From a virus (Duplodnaviria; Caudoviricetes), in IMG/VR virus record IMGVR_UViG_3300029317_000001, positions 1 to 62,805 of that record: DNA of 62,805 nucleotides; one strand, 5' to 3'. The position numbers and the translations under genes were made by a program. Below the pieces are notes generated by a model. The model was not told the origin of the DNA. It did not search any database and saw only the letters and a list, made by a program, of their open reading frames with translations. Below are positions 25,705 to 36,195 of the stretch, in pieces. Each line of letters starts with the position of its first letter. The stretch's first letter is position 1.

Positions 25705-26694
25705 ATGAAAGTAGGCTTAGTAATCGGAAGATTCCAACCGCTACACAACGGACACGTAGATCTAATTCAAAGAGCATATGAAGAAAACGATGTAGTCTTG
25801 GTGCTCGTAGGCTCTGCCAATGAGCTGCCTAATTATAAGAACCCTTTCCCTACTGAAGATCGTATTAGCATGATTGAACATGAGTTCCCTGAGTACGATC
25901 GTTTACATATTAAAGGCTTGGACAACTATCCCAGTGATAACGAGTGGATTGAGGATGTCATTAGCCGCGTCAACACAATCGAGGAAGATCCGTCTAAGGT
26001 TACCTTGTATACCAGTGAGAAAGATGAAGACTTCTACCGAGCTAATTTCCTTTACACTACCAAGGTCACCGAGTCCGCAGGCTTAAATGCTACTGATATC
26101 CGCGAGTCTATTTACAACGATGGCAGCAAGTGGATGATGAAGGTCTCTAGTTTCGTGGAAGACTTTGTGGACAATTGGATCGTGTCAGGTGAGTGGAAAC
26201 GTTTAAGAGACGAATACTTCCTGTGTACCACTAGTAAGGCCACCGCCACAAGCAACCACGAGTACAGTAACCCCATTGAACCTGTATGCCATGCAATGGT
26301 AATCCAAGGTGACAAATGTTTACTGGTGAAGCGCGGAGGAGTCCGTGGGCATGGTCAGTGGGCATTATCTGGAGGATTCCTAGAGAACACGGAGACTACT
26401 CGAGCAGGTGCCTTAAGGGAACTCAAGGAGGAGACTGCCTTAGACTTACTAACGATACCACGAGCAGCTGAGGTAGCCTTTGCTGTTGAAGAGAACATGA
26501 ATGGGTTATCAACGAGAACCATAGGTTTTAATTACTGCTATGCTGTGCATCCTGATGAGGAAATAAATGTTACAGCTGGTGATGATGCGCAGGAAGTCGC
26601 GTGGTTCTCTGTAAAGGATATCGTAGAGGGTAAGATACCTTTATTCTACAATCACGTGACAATCATTAGACGTTTAGTACAGGGGATAAAGTAA
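25705..26694 (+). CDS. nadM: Bifunctional NMN adenylyltransferase / Nudix hydrolase (NadM-Nudix)
   Basis: IGRFQPLHNGH (HxGH), KNPF, ATDIR and Nudix box GGF...E...ALRELKEET, AGDDA. Confidence 0.92.
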   Translation: MKVGLVIGRFQPLHNGHVDLIQRAYEENDVVLVLVGSANELPNYKNPFPTEDRISMIEHEFPEYDRLHIKGLDNYPSDNEWIEDVISRVNTIEEDPSKVTLYTSEKDEDFYRANFLYTTKVTESAGLNATDIRESIYNDGSKWMMKVSSFVEDFVDNWIVSGEWKRLRDEYFLCTTSKATATSNHEYSNPIEPVCHAMVIQGDKCLLVKRGGVRGHGQWALSGGFLENTETTRAGALRELKEETALDLLTIPRAAEVAFAVEENMNGLSTRTIGFNYCYAVHPDEEINVTAGDDAQEVAWFSVKDIVEGKIPLFYNHVTIIRRLVQGIK

Positions 26695-26840
26695 TGATGA
26701 GTGACAGACGTTTCGAACAGGAAATGGCAGATCTTGATGAAGCCTTAGAACAAGGGGAAATGTCCCCACGTGAACACGGCTTCGCTGTTACAGAACTAGA
26801 AGAGGAATACAATAAGGAGAACAATGATGATTTTAAATAA
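26694..26840 (+). CDS. Small acidic protein (48 aa) between the NAD salvage genes
   Basis: MMSDRRFEQEMADLDEALEQGEMSPREH...; overlaps both neighbours; below the ORF-track cutoff. Confidence 0.55.
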   Translation: MMSDRRFEQEMADLDEALEQGEMSPREHGFAVTELEEEYNKENNDDFK

Positions 26841-28200
26841 GAACCCTTTACTACAATGTGATAGCTATAAGATCTCTCACTACAAGCAGTATCCCGAGAA
26901 CACTGAGTATGTCTATTCATACATAGCACCTCGCGGTGGTGAGCATCCGTTACCTATCGTAGGCCTAGCAGACTTCTGCTCCTTACTAGATGTGCGTAAC
27001 CTGAACCAATTGTACATCAGTGAGTTGCAGGATATCGCTGAGGAACACGGTGTTCCATTCAACCCAGCGTGGTGGGATCTACTTAAGAAATACAAAGGTA
27101 AAGGATTACCACTGAGAGTCATGGGTGTTCCTGAGGGAACAGTAGTTGAACCTAAGACTCCTGTAGCTGTCATCGTAAACACAGACCCTGAGTTCCCTTG
27201 GTTAACCTCGTTCTTCGAGACAGTGTTCCTACGTTTAGTATGGTACCCGAGTACTGTCGCAGCAGAATGTCGCTACATGAAGACTCGTATCAAAGAGTTC
27301 ATGATTCGTACTGGTGCTGACTTAGCTGGCTTGGAGTTCAAGTTGCATGACTTCGCTCCACGAGGGTGTACCAGTGGTGAACAGGCTCAGCGTGGTGGTA
27401 TGGGTCACCTTACTCAATTCCAAGGAACAGATAACATTGAGGCGATCAAGTACATCAGAGATAACTATGGTCTGTCTATGGCAGGCTTTAGTATCCCAGC
27501 TACGGAACACTCCACGGTAACCAGTTGGGGACGTGAGCACGAGAAGGATATGTATGAAACCTTTATCCGTAAGAACTTAGGTGAAGGTAAGATAGCTGCT
27601 TGCGTATCAGATAGCTACGACATAGATGCTGCTATTGATATGTGGAAAGAACTTGAACCAATACTCTTGGAGGTCGGTGGTACTTTAGTTATCCGTCCTG
27701 ACTCAGGTGACCCTGTGACCATGCCTTTACACGTGTTAGACAGATGTTTACAAGTGTTCGGTTATACAGTAAATGACGAAGGGTTCAAGGTGTTACCTGC
27801 GCATATCCGAGTAATCCAAGGAGACGGTATTGACAAACACTTGTTAGTCCGTATACTACAGGGCTGTGTTGATCTGAAGATATCAATCGACAACATAGGC
27901 TTTGGCATGGGCGGTGGTTTACTTCAAAAGGTTGACCGTGACACATACAAGTGGGCAATGAAATGTTCTGCTGCTAGAGTCAATGGTGTTTGGAGAGACG
28001 TTTACAAGGATCCTAAAGGTGGTAATAAGAAATCACTTAAAGGTCTGGTGACTCCTAAGGGTGTATGGCCTTACAAGGATGCCAATCAATTAACCGACGG
28101 TGATTACGTGACTCCTGAAGGCTTCGTGGATTACTATTATAACGGTGTCCAAGCGCCCCGTGACTCCTTCGACACCATTAGATCACGGGCTTCAATATAG
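26824..28200 (+). CDS. nadV: Nicotinamide phosphoribosyltransferase (Nampt)
   Basis: DSYKISHYKQYP, LHDF..RG, SIPATEHS, VSDSYD, IRPDSGDP, GMGGGLLQKVDRDT. Confidence 0.95.
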   Translation: MMILNKNPLLQCDSYKISHYKQYPENTEYVYSYIAPRGGEHPLPIVGLADFCSLLDVRNLNQLYISELQDIAEEHGVPFNPAWWDLLKKYKGKGLPLRVMGVPEGTVVEPKTPVAVIVNTDPEFPWLTSFFETVFLRLVWYPSTVAAECRYMKTRIKEFMIRTGADLAGLEFKLHDFAPRGCTSGEQAQRGGMGHLTQFQGTDNIEAIKYIRDNYGLSMAGFSIPATEHSTVTSWGREHEKDMYETFIRKNLGEGKIAACVSDSYDIDAAIDMWKELEPILLEVGGTLVIRPDSGDPVTMPLHVLDRCLQVFGYTVNDEGFKVLPAHIRVIQGDGIDKHLLVRILQGCVDLKISIDNIGFGMGGGLLQKVDRDTYKWAMKCSAARVNGVWRDVYKDPKGGNKKSLKGLVTPKGVWPYKDANQLTDGDYVTPEGFVDYYYNGVQAPRDSFDTIRSRASI

Positions 28201-28209
28201 GAGTAAACA

Positions 28210-29886
28210 ATGGGTGACATAGTTAAATATAGGTTACCATGCACAGCTAAGGACTCCTGCGGGAGTTCGGACGCTATGGTTCAGTATGAGGACGGTGGTA
28301 AATATTGCCATGGGTGCCAAGGGTACGACAATTCAAACAAAGGTAATGACAGCGGATACGCAGAGGAGAGTGCAGTGACAGAGTTTCAAGATAAAGGTAA
28401 GGCTGACCTAAGCTTCTACCATGAGGCAGGCTACAAGGCCATACAGGACAGGCGTATTGACGTTGATACCTGTAAGAAGTATGGAGTAAGAACGAATGAC
28501 AAAGGTCATCACTTGTTCCCTAGGTACAACAAGGAAGGCGAGCTAGTCGGTGTTAAGGTACGCTTGTATCCTGAGAAAGAGTTCCGAAGCGTTGGTATAA
28601 CTAAGGGCTGTGTGCCTTTCGGTATGCAAGCGTTCCCTAAGACAGGGAGAAGCATCACGGTCACTGAGGGTGAGTATGATGCTATGGCTGCCTACAAGAT
28701 GACAGGTTCTAAGTATCCTAACATAAGTATCTGGGATGGCGCAGGTTCAGCTAAGCGTTGTATGAAGGATAACTTCGAAGCCATGAAAGAGTTTGAATCT
28801 ATCATCCTTAACTTCGATGCAGATAAGCCGGGGAAGGCCGCTGTAGAGGAAGTAGGTCCCATGTTTCCTGGGCGTACTAAGATCATGGAGCTTACTGAAG
28901 GTAAGGACGCCTGTGACTATCTCAAGGCCAATAAGGTTAGCAAGTACGTGGACGAGTTCCATCGTAGCAAGCGGTTTACACTAGGCGGCATCATTAACGG
29001 TGCGGATACTTGGGAAAAGTACAAAGAGAAGAAGAACATCAAGAGTATTCCTTGGGATCCACAGTACGAGGAACTTAACAAGAAGACCTATGGTATTCGC
29101 CTCGGAGAGATTGTCCTCATCACCGCTGGTACAGGCTCAGGTAAAACCCAAGTTCTACGTGAGTGGAAATACCATCTACTTCGGAATACCATGTACAACA
29201 TCATGGACATTAGTCTAGAGGAAGATGTTGGTGATACCATCGGTGGCCTCATGGCTATCCATGCTAACAAGCGTATCCATCTGCCTGATGTGGATATCAG
29301 TGAGCAAGAGGAACGTAAGTTACATACGGAACTCTACGGTGAGGGCCAGTTCACACTTCTGGATCACGAGGGTTCAGTCGGTGACGATAGTCTCTTGGAT
29401 AAGATGGAGTACGCAGCTACGGTTGATAACTGTAAGATTCAATTCCTAGATCATATAACAATCGCTGTGAGTGACTGTGAGTCTGGTAGTGAGAACCTTA
29501 CAATGGATAAGTTCATGAACAGATTACTTAAGATGGTTAAACGTCTGAACATCTGCGTTGTGGTAGTGAGTCACCTGAGGAAAGTTGGAGGCGGTGGTAA
29601 GTCGTTTGAAGAAGGTCGTGTGCCGACTGAAGATGATCTTAAAGGAAGCGGTAGTCTCAAGCAAATAGCCATGACTACCATTGCAATAGCGAGGAACAAG
29701 TATGCTGATACAGAGGTGGAACGAAATACAACTAGTTTTCATGTACTCAAATGTAGATTCTCAGGTCGCACAGGTCCTGCTGACTACGCTTACTTTGATG
29801 ATGAGACAGGTAGGATGGTGGTAATTGATCCAGAGGAAGCTGAGAATGCTGGTAATCAATTCCAAGATGAGACCCTAGGATACTAA
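28210..29886 (+). CDS. T7-like primase-helicase
   Basis: Zn finger, TOPRIM TEGEYDAMA / FDADKPG, Walker A AGTGSGKT, LDHI, VSHLRK, DLKGSGSLKQ. Confidence 0.95.
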   Translation: MGDIVKYRLPCTAKDSCGSSDAMVQYEDGGKYCHGCQGYDNSNKGNDSGYAEESAVTEFQDKGKADLSFYHEAGYKAIQDRRIDVDTCKKYGVRTNDKGHHLFPRYNKEGELVGVKVRLYPEKEFRSVGITKGCVPFGMQAFPKTGRSITVTEGEYDAMAAYKMTGSKYPNISIWDGAGSAKRCMKDNFEAMKEFESIILNFDADKPGKAAVEEVGPMFPGRTKIMELTEGKDACDYLKANKVSKYVDEFHRSKRFTLGGIINGADTWEKYKEKKNIKSIPWDPQYEELNKKTYGIRLGEIVLITAGTGSGKTQVLREWKYHLLRNTMYNIMDISLEEDVGDTIGGLMAIHANKRIHLPDVDISEQEERKLHTELYGEGQFTLLDHEGSVGDDSLLDKMEYAATVDNCKIQFLDHITIAVSDCESGSENLTMDKFMNRLLKMVKRLNICVVVVSHLRKVGGGGKSFEEGRVPTEDDLKGSGSLKQIAMTTIAIARNKYADTEVERNTTSFHVLKCRFSGRTGPADYAYFDDETGRMVVIDPEEAENAGNQFQDETLGY

Positions 29887-29898
29887 GGAGGATAACTA

Positions 29899-30264
29899 AT
29901 GTTAATACAGAATGCAATCATAACACCAGACGGTACCTTCTTAAGTTCATCCCACGTACATGACTATGTTACTCATGAAGATGTTAATGGTGAGCAGTAT
30001 ATGTTAGATGGTGGTACTGATTACATACGGAGAAACCTTAACACGGATGCCGTAGATCTCTCAGTGACAACTGACATGCCGTTCTCTGAGCAACGTGAGA
30101 AACTAGTATGGGGAACGTATGGTATCAACGGTGATCAACCCTTGTCCCACGTGAAACTTAAGGACATGGATACTGGTCATATCAAAGCAGTCATCGACAC
30201 TCAGAACATCAGCCCTCAGAGACGTAAGGTCATGGAGGAGGAGTTATGTGGAAGGAACTCGTAG
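29899..30264 (+). CDS. Conserved phage hypothetical protein
   Basis: S.HVHDYV...LDGG.DYIRR motif. Confidence 0.7.
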   Translation: MLIQNAIITPDGTFLSSSHVHDYVTHEDVNGEQYMLDGGTDYIRRNLNTDAVDLSVTTDMPFSEQREKLVWGTYGINGDQPLSHVKLKDMDTGHIKAVIDTQNISPQRRKVMEEELCGRNS

Positions 30265-32174
30265 GTAAACGAGTAGCCGTGTGGGATGCAGAGACCGATG
30301 GATTCGTGGATAACATGACCGTCTGTCACTGCATTACTATAACGGATGCTCAGACTAAGGAAGTCTTTAGGTATCGCGATATACCTGAGGCCTGTAAGAA
30401 GCTGGATGAATACGAAGTTCACGCAGGTCACAACCTGATTGGGTTCGATTATCCTATGTTGAAGAAGCATTACGGATGGGTACCTCAGAAACACGTGATA
30501 GTATTGGACACCTTATGGTTAAGTCGTTTGTACTTCTGTGACATAGAGGGCGGTCATTCATTGGGTGCGTGGGGCGCTCGTCTAGGGGAACCTAAGACTG
30601 AGTACTATCCAGTAAGTGATAAGGACCAACCTTTGTATAACGAGGAGGAACCTAATCCTAAGAAGAACCCTTGTTGGGTAGGTAGCATCTGGACACAGTC
30701 GATGGAAGATTACTGTGTTCAGGATACTAATGTGAATGAGAAACTATATCACCGCCTTGTGAAACTCCTGTCTAAGTTCTCTTGGAAGTCAATCATGTGT
30801 GAGATGGATACCGCTAAGATCATCCAACGCCAAATGGAACACGGGTTCGTGTTTAACTATAAGAAAGCCGAATTACTTCACGGGACATTCATTGACCGTA
30901 TAGGTGAGTTGGAGGATGAAGTACATGAGACGTTCAAACCGTTACCTAAAAAGATTAGGGAAGTCCAACCGAAGATCAAGGTGGATGGCTCTCTGTCGGG
31001 AGTCGGACTTAAGAAGCTGGGAGATGATTGGGCGAGTCTCGTCCCTCCACCAGAAGTCATCCGATCGGAACAGATGGTCGATGGAAGACTTAAAAAGTCA
31101 GTGGAATACCTCAGCGGCTCCTTCACATTAATAGAGTTCCCTGAGTTCTCACTAGGCTCTCGTGCACAGATAGCAGACCGCTTGACTCGTGCAGGTTATA
31201 AGCTTACTGAGTTCACGGAGAAAGGTACTCCCATGATCAACGATGCTGTACTCCAGATTGCTGCGGACGCAGGGATCGCTGAGGCTAAACCGTTAGCTGA
31301 GTATTTCATGATAACCAAGCGTGAAGGCATGGTTAAGGATTGGTTGGCTAAGGCGAAGTGGGGAGACGATGGTTACGCAAGGATCCATGGCTACGTGAAT
31401 AGCTTGGGAGCAGCTACTAACCGCATGACTCACAGTAGTCCTAATGTTGCTCAGGTTCCTAGTAGTTCATCGCCTTACGGTAATGAATGTCGTAGCCTGT
31501 TCACGGTACGCAAGGGTTATAAACTAGTTGGCTGTGATGCTGATGGTTTGGAACTTAGGTGCTTAGCACATTACATGAATGATATAGAGTATGCCATTAG
31601 TATCTTGGAAGGTAAGAAGTCCGATGGTACTGATATCCATACGTTGAACCAAAGAGCCGCTGGGTTACTCACGCGAGACCAAGCCAAGACATTCATCTAT
31701 GCTTTCCTTTACGGAGCAGGTGATGCTAAGATAGGTCAGATCGTTGGAGGCGGAGCGAAGGAAGGTAAAGCACTTAAGAAGAAGTTCTTAGAAGCTACAC
31801 CAGCACTTAAGAAACTCAGGGAAGGCATTCAAGCAGCTGTTAAGGAACGTTCATGGGTCAAGGGAATCGATGGTCGTATCATTCGAGTACGCAGTCCTCA
31901 TGCAGCATTGAATACTTTACTACAGGGTATGGGAGCGATAGTGATGAAGTACTGGTTGATCGAGGTCACTAAGAATGCTGATGCAGCAGGACTAGATTGG
32001 AATCCTTCGGCCAACGTGCACGATGAAGGACAGTTCGAAGTTAAAGAAGAAGATGTACCTAAGTTCAAGGAGATTTGTGAAGCTGCATTCTATGTAGTTA
32101 GCGAAGACCTTAGCTTGAAGTGTATCTGTACAGGAACAGCTGATCATGGTGATACTTGGTTAGAAACACATTAA
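30246..32174 (+). CDS. polA: Family A DNA polymerase (T7-like, with 3'-5' exonuclease)
   Basis: DAET, GHN..GFD, motif A DADGLELR, motif B RDQAKTFIYAFLYG, motif C VHDE. Confidence 0.96.
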   Translation: MWKELVGKRVAVWDAETDGFVDNMTVCHCITITDAQTKEVFRYRDIPEACKKLDEYEVHAGHNLIGFDYPMLKKHYGWVPQKHVIVLDTLWLSRLYFCDIEGGHSLGAWGARLGEPKTEYYPVSDKDQPLYNEEEPNPKKNPCWVGSIWTQSMEDYCVQDTNVNEKLYHRLVKLLSKFSWKSIMCEMDTAKIIQRQMEHGFVFNYKKAELLHGTFIDRIGELEDEVHETFKPLPKKIREVQPKIKVDGSLSGVGLKKLGDDWASLVPPPEVIRSEQMVDGRLKKSVEYLSGSFTLIEFPEFSLGSRAQIADRLTRAGYKLTEFTEKGTPMINDAVLQIAADAGIAEAKPLAEYFMITKREGMVKDWLAKAKWGDDGYARIHGYVNSLGAATNRMTHSSPNVAQVPSSSSPYGNECRSLFTVRKGYKLVGCDADGLELRCLAHYMNDIEYAISILEGKKSDGTDIHTLNQRAAGLLTRDQAKTFIYAFLYGAGDAKIGQIVGGGAKEGKALKKKFLEATPALKKLREGIQAAVKERSWVKGIDGRIIRVRSPHAALNTLLQGMGAIVMKYWLIEVTKNADAAGLDWNPSANVHDEGQFEVKEEDVPKFKEICEAAFYVVSEDLSLKCICTGTADHGDTWLETH

Positions 32175-32187
32175 CAGGAGATAACAA

Positions 32188-32421
32188 ATGGAAACACATA
32201 CTGAAGAGTGTTTACGTAAGGATAGTACTATCAATAAGCTCCATGTCGTGATTAGGACACTACAGTCCTCCATCAGCAGGTATAAGAATGAGACTAGGAA
32301 TCTTAGGAAGGCGAGGGATAAAGCACAGGAGGAGCTACAACCAACTAAGGATTCCTTAAACAATATGACTGCTTTACATGGTAAGTTACTTAGGAAACTA
32401 AAGAGAAAGGAGAATACTTAA
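32188..32421 (+). CDS. Coiled-coil hypothetical protein
   Basis: AGGAG RBS. Confidence 0.65.
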   Translation: METHTEECLRKDSTINKLHVVIRTLQSSISRYKNETRNLRKARDKAQEELQPTKDSLNNMTALHGKLLRKLKRKENT

Positions 32422-33164
32422 TGGCACGTAACAAGTACGGTGGTAACAAACCGAAACCTAATAAAGGTGAAGACCTTACGGGACGCTGGCACATTACTTT
32501 AAAACTAGATGGTGCAAGAATGCATCGAGATGTCGATGGTAACCCCATCAGTCGAGCAGGGAAGCCTTTGTACAATCTGGATCACATATCTAAGGAGATA
32601 GTCGATGCGGAAGTCTACGACAAAGACTGGGCAACATCAATGTCCAGAGTCAGATCCTCAGTCAACGGGAGTCCAGTACCAGCAAGCATGGTATACTCGA
32701 TTGAGCCATTGGATCCTAGGATGGATCTCGGGTGGTTGGAAGATCCTACACATGCTGAGTTACAAGCTATTATGGACGCTAAGGTTGCGGAAGGTTTCGA
32801 AGGCCTTGTCATCCGCAAGGGCAAGAAGTGGCTCAAGTACAAGCCCACTGATTCCGCGGACGTCTTCATCACAGGTTACCAAGAAGGCACGGGAAAGCAC
32901 GAAGGACTAATGGGCGCGTTACTGACTAACTATGGCAAGGTGGGCACTGGGTTCGATGATGCTCAACGTAAATGGTGGGCTGATCAATACAAATATAAAG
33001 GAATTGAGTGGTTGACAAAGCAGTTGATTCAGGTTACATTTATGGAATGGAGCAGTGGTCACAAGTTCCGTCACCCTGTGTTCGATTGTATTCGTGATGA
33101 TAAGACCGAAGAAAACCTAGGAGGTAATTATGAAGGAATGCTCAAAGTGCCGACAGAAACTTAA
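32421..33164 (+). CDS. Minimal ATP-dependent DNA ligase
   Basis: KLDGAR, FEGLVIR, WLKYKP, GKVGTGF, FRHPVF. Confidence 0.92.
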   Translation: MARNKYGGNKPKPNKGEDLTGRWHITLKLDGARMHRDVDGNPISRAGKPLYNLDHISKEIVDAEVYDKDWATSMSRVRSSVNGSPVPASMVYSIEPLDPRMDLGWLEDPTHAELQAIMDAKVAEGFEGLVIRKGKKWLKYKPTDSADVFITGYQEGTGKHEGLMGALLTNYGKVGTGFDDAQRKWWADQYKYKGIEWLTKQLIQVTFMEWSSGHKFRHPVFDCIRDDKTEENLGGNYEGMLKVPTET

Positions 33165-33606
33165 GAACAAAGAGTTCTACAAAGGACATACCAAGTGTAA
33201 GTCCTGTGTCAAGGCATACCAAAACGATTATAACCTAAGGAAACGCGAGGCTTCTCTACCTATGGCACAACATGCTGTGAAAGAGTTGACTACTACTAAC
33301 CCCCATAAGTCCATGTGGCACGGAGCGAAGACCAGAGCGAAAGCTAAAGATCTCCCGTTCAACATCACATCGCAGGATATAATCATCCCAACCTTATGCC
33401 CTGTCCTGAAGATCCCTTTGATCCAAGGTACAGGAACTATCACTGATAACAGCCCGACCCTTGACAAACGCATACCTCACTTAGGTTATGTCGTGGGCAA
33501 CGTGACGGTTATATCATCCCTAGCAAACCGAATTAAGACCAACGCAAATAGTCATCAAATTGCCGCGGTACTTGAGTATGTTAAATCAATTGAAGAGGAA
33601 AACTAA
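33130..33606 (+). CDS. HNH-like endonuclease
   Basis: CSKC...CKSC; CPVL...SPTLDK.IP.LGYV.GNV.VIS..AN..K. Confidence 0.8.
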   Translation: MKECSKCRQKLKNKEFYKGHTKCKSCVKAYQNDYNLRKREASLPMAQHAVKELTTTNPHKSMWHGAKTRAKAKDLPFNITSQDIIIPTLCPVLKIPLIQGTGTITDNSPTLDKRIPHLGYVVGNVTVISSLANRIKTNANSHQIAAVLEYVKSIEEEN

Positions 33607-33607
33607 T

Positions 33608-33757
33608 ATGGATATCGGACAATATAAAGCAGAGAACCCAGAGTCATGGTTGAACGCACTAGAAGCAGCTGGCGTAGATAACTGGTGTGGCTACGATATG
33701 GCACATGATTTACTACGTGAAGAAATGAAAGAGAACGGCATCGAGGAGACAGAATAA
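33608..33757 (+). CDS. Small conserved phage protein
   Basis: WLNALEAAGVDNW.GYD.A motif. Confidence 0.7.
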   Translation: MDIGQYKAENPESWLNALEAAGVDNWCGYDMAHDLLREEMKENGIEETE

Positions 33758-34074
33758 TGAAAGAACTAACCCAAGAACAGATCGACACCCTAGGCTTTGA
33801 ACCTACCGAAGCTGAGAGTGATTACGTAGATGCCATGGCTGCTACTGTTATCTCAGACCTTAAGTCCAAGGCTGCGTTCGAAGGCCAGCGTAACCGTACG
33901 GCTCATAACCGTATGAACCGACCGCACAAAGCAATCCAGCATGACGTAGGTGCTAAGAAGATCTTCGCCTTACTAGATCGATTCAAGTGTCGCACGACCA
34001 CTGGTAACGAAGATACTGGTGAAGGTGAAATCACGGAGGATTCCAAAGTGGCTAACAGTTTCACGGGGGTCTAA
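33757..34074 (+). CDS. Hypothetical protein
   Basis: Coupled ORF with GAGGAG RBS. Confidence 0.65.
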   Translation: MKELTQEQIDTLGFEPTEAESDYVDAMAATVISDLKSKAAFEGQRNRTAHNRMNRPHKAIQHDVGAKKIFALLDRFKCRTTTGNEDTGEGEITEDSKVANSFTGV

Positions 34075-34985
34075 TGATCAGACTTGCAATCGTTGATGCT
34101 GACCTTATTGTCTATGAAGCTGCGTTCTGCGTAGAAAAGAAAGAGAAACAAGGTGAGTACTTGAACTGGTTCCAAGTCTCTAAGATAGTAAACACGATAG
34201 TGCGGAAGATTCTAAAGAAATCTAAAGCTACTCATCATACAGGGTTCCTGACCGAAGGCCATAGTAACTTCCGAGTGAAACGTGCTTTCAGTCTGCCCTA
34301 CAAAGGACAACGAAAGACTAACAAAAGTAAACCAGCATTTTATGATGAGATTCGTGAGTATCTTATGAGCAACTGGGGTTACCAAATGATGCGCGGTGTT
34401 GAGGCTGATGATGCTTTGACTATCGTGAGCGAATACTATAAGGAGGATCCGAAGATTACCACGATCATCTGCACTAAGGATAAAGATCTGTGGCAGTACG
34501 TGGGACATCACTACAACATGAATAACTGTGAACTCATGGTTATAAGTAAGGAGGAAGCACATAAGAACTTATGGAGGCAGATGTTACTAGGTGACATGGG
34601 TACCGATAACATCCCTGGACTTACTCATCACTACAAGTACGATGTGATTACTAATAAGGTGAACCGTTATGGTAACCCTGATTACATCACAACACCATGC
34701 CAGAAGTTTGGTAAGAAGACCTGTGAGGAACTGCTTGATTCATGGGATCCTAAGGACTATGACAAGAATACATACGAACTGTATGTTGACTGCTATGACC
34801 AAGGAGATGGCGATGACTTTGCTGAGCAGAGGTTCTTGGAAACCTTTGACCTCATCTACATGTTGCTGACCGCGCCAAAGGATCTAAAGATCCACTACGA
34901 ATACATTAAGGTAAAAGCTAAAGACCTTGAGTATCAAAGCGAGCTAGGTGATTATCACACGGCTAATGAATTCTCAGATTTCTAA
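34074..34985 (+). CDS. 5'-3' exonuclease (T7 gp6-like)
   Basis: DAD.IVY, NFR, YKGQRK, EADD, DKDL.Q, GD..DNIPGL. Confidence 0.92.
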   Translation: MIRLAIVDADLIVYEAAFCVEKKEKQGEYLNWFQVSKIVNTIVRKILKKSKATHHTGFLTEGHSNFRVKRAFSLPYKGQRKTNKSKPAFYDEIREYLMSNWGYQMMRGVEADDALTIVSEYYKEDPKITTIICTKDKDLWQYVGHHYNMNNCELMVISKEEAHKNLWRQMLLGDMGTDNIPGLTHHYKYDVITNKVNRYGNPDYITTPCQKFGKKTCEELLDSWDPKDYDKNTYELYVDCYDQGDGDDFAEQRFLETFDLIYMLLTAPKDLKIHYEYIKVKAKDLEYQSELGDYHTANEFSDF

Positions 34986-34996
34986 AGGAGTAAACT

Positions 34997-35170
34997 ATGC
35001 AAAATATGGTAGGTAAAACACAATGGTACATACTACAACGCGTACGGACTGTCACAGAAGAGATATCGATACTAGCAACAGACGAAGACGCTGCGTGTAT
35101 GAAAGCCCATGACGCAGAATGGGAAGAGCTTTCCTCGGACACCTTAGATGAAACATGTAACAAGGAGTAA
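34997..35170 (+). CDS. Small acidic protein (57 aa)
   Basis: AAGGAGTAAACTATG start context, identical to that of the next gene. Confidence 0.6.
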   Translation: MQNMVGKTQWYILQRVRTVTEEISILATDEDAACMKAHDAEWEELSSDTLDETCNKE

Positions 35171-35173
35171 ACT

Positions 35174-35428
35174 ATGCAAAAGATGAACAAGAAACAATTA
35201 CTTAACCACCGTATCAACAGTATCGTTGTTGGTATCCTGAATACACTCACGGACGATGAGGTAACAGTAGAGACAGCCCAGCGCACACTACCGAAAACTA
35301 CGATGTACAAAGATCAAAGTAACGGTGAGCTTCGCCTAGGGTTCTCGTGGAAAGGAGTAAGAAAGTTAGTCAAGAAGTATCCTTATGTTGACGTACCGAA
35401 TGCTAAATTGTACTTCGGTATGAAGTAA
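35174..35428 (+). CDS. Hypothetical protein
   Basis: AAGGAG RBS. Confidence 0.65.
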   Translation: MQKMNKKQLLNHRINSIVVGILNTLTDDEVTVETAQRTLPKTTMYKDQSNGELRLGFSWKGVRKLVKKYPYVDVPNAKLYFGMK

Positions 35429-35835
35429 TGAAGGTGCTGGAGGTACGCATGCCTCTCAAGGCCTTATCTGCTAATAAGATGCATTATGCGAATAAAAAGG
35501 TTGACACCGTGGAATACAAGCGGTATAAGTTAGCAGTGTTTAATGCTCTCAAGGCTCACAGGTTCGAGGTACATAAGGATGATAAGTATAAGTTATCCTT
35601 AGTCGTAGGTTACTCAAGTAAACTGAGTGATCTCGACAACTGCTTTAAACCTTTGCTGGATAGTATGCAGAGAGTACTTAGCTTCGATGATAGACAGGTC
35701 TTCGAGATAGAAGCACTGAAGGATCATGTGGCTAAGGGCGATGAGTTTCTCATGGTTCGCATGGAGACTATCACAGATAATCAATGGAAGAGACGTATGT
35801 TAAACCTCTTCAAGAAACTAATAGGGAATACATAA
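35428..35835 (+). CDS. rusA: RusA-like Holliday junction resolvase
   Basis: LSAN...DLDNCFKPLLD...FDDRQV. Confidence 0.85.
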   Translation: MKVLEVRMPLKALSANKMHYANKKVDTVEYKRYKLAVFNALKAHRFEVHKDDKYKLSLVVGYSSKLSDLDNCFKPLLDSMQRVLSFDDRQVFEIEALKDHVAKGDEFLMVRMETITDNQWKRRMLNLFKKLIGNT

Positions 35836-36194
35836 TGACACCACACGAATCAAGACAACTAGAGTTACCATTAGAATCCAAAGGAGTCCAAGGCTCAACA
35901 GCTGGCTCACTTAAGTTCGATGGCAACAAGCCTCAGATGGACTTAGTTCCTTTATCATCTGCTTACGCAGTGGCTCAGGTGTTAACCTTTGGCGCTAAGA
36001 AGTACTCAGCTAACGGCTGGAAGGATGTACCTGATGCCCGTAACCGTTACCAAGCCGCAATGCTTAGACACATGACAGCTATACAGGACGGTGAAGAGTT
36101 CGATAGTGACTCAGGCTTACCTCATGCTGATCACATTGCTTGTAACGCTATGTTCTTATCATGGTTCCGTAGAAATACAACAAGAGGATTATAA
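35835..36194 (+). CDS. dATP/dGTP diphosphohydrolase (DUF5664-like)
   Basis: KFDGNKP.MDLVP...VLTFGAKKY...W...AAMLRH...DSGLPH..HIACN.MFL. Confidence 0.85.
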   Translation: MTPHESRQLELPLESKGVQGSTAGSLKFDGNKPQMDLVPLSSAYAVAQVLTFGAKKYSANGWKDVPDARNRYQAAMLRHMTAIQDGEEFDSDSGLPHADHIACNAMFLSWFRRNTTRGL

Positions 36195-36195
36195 C

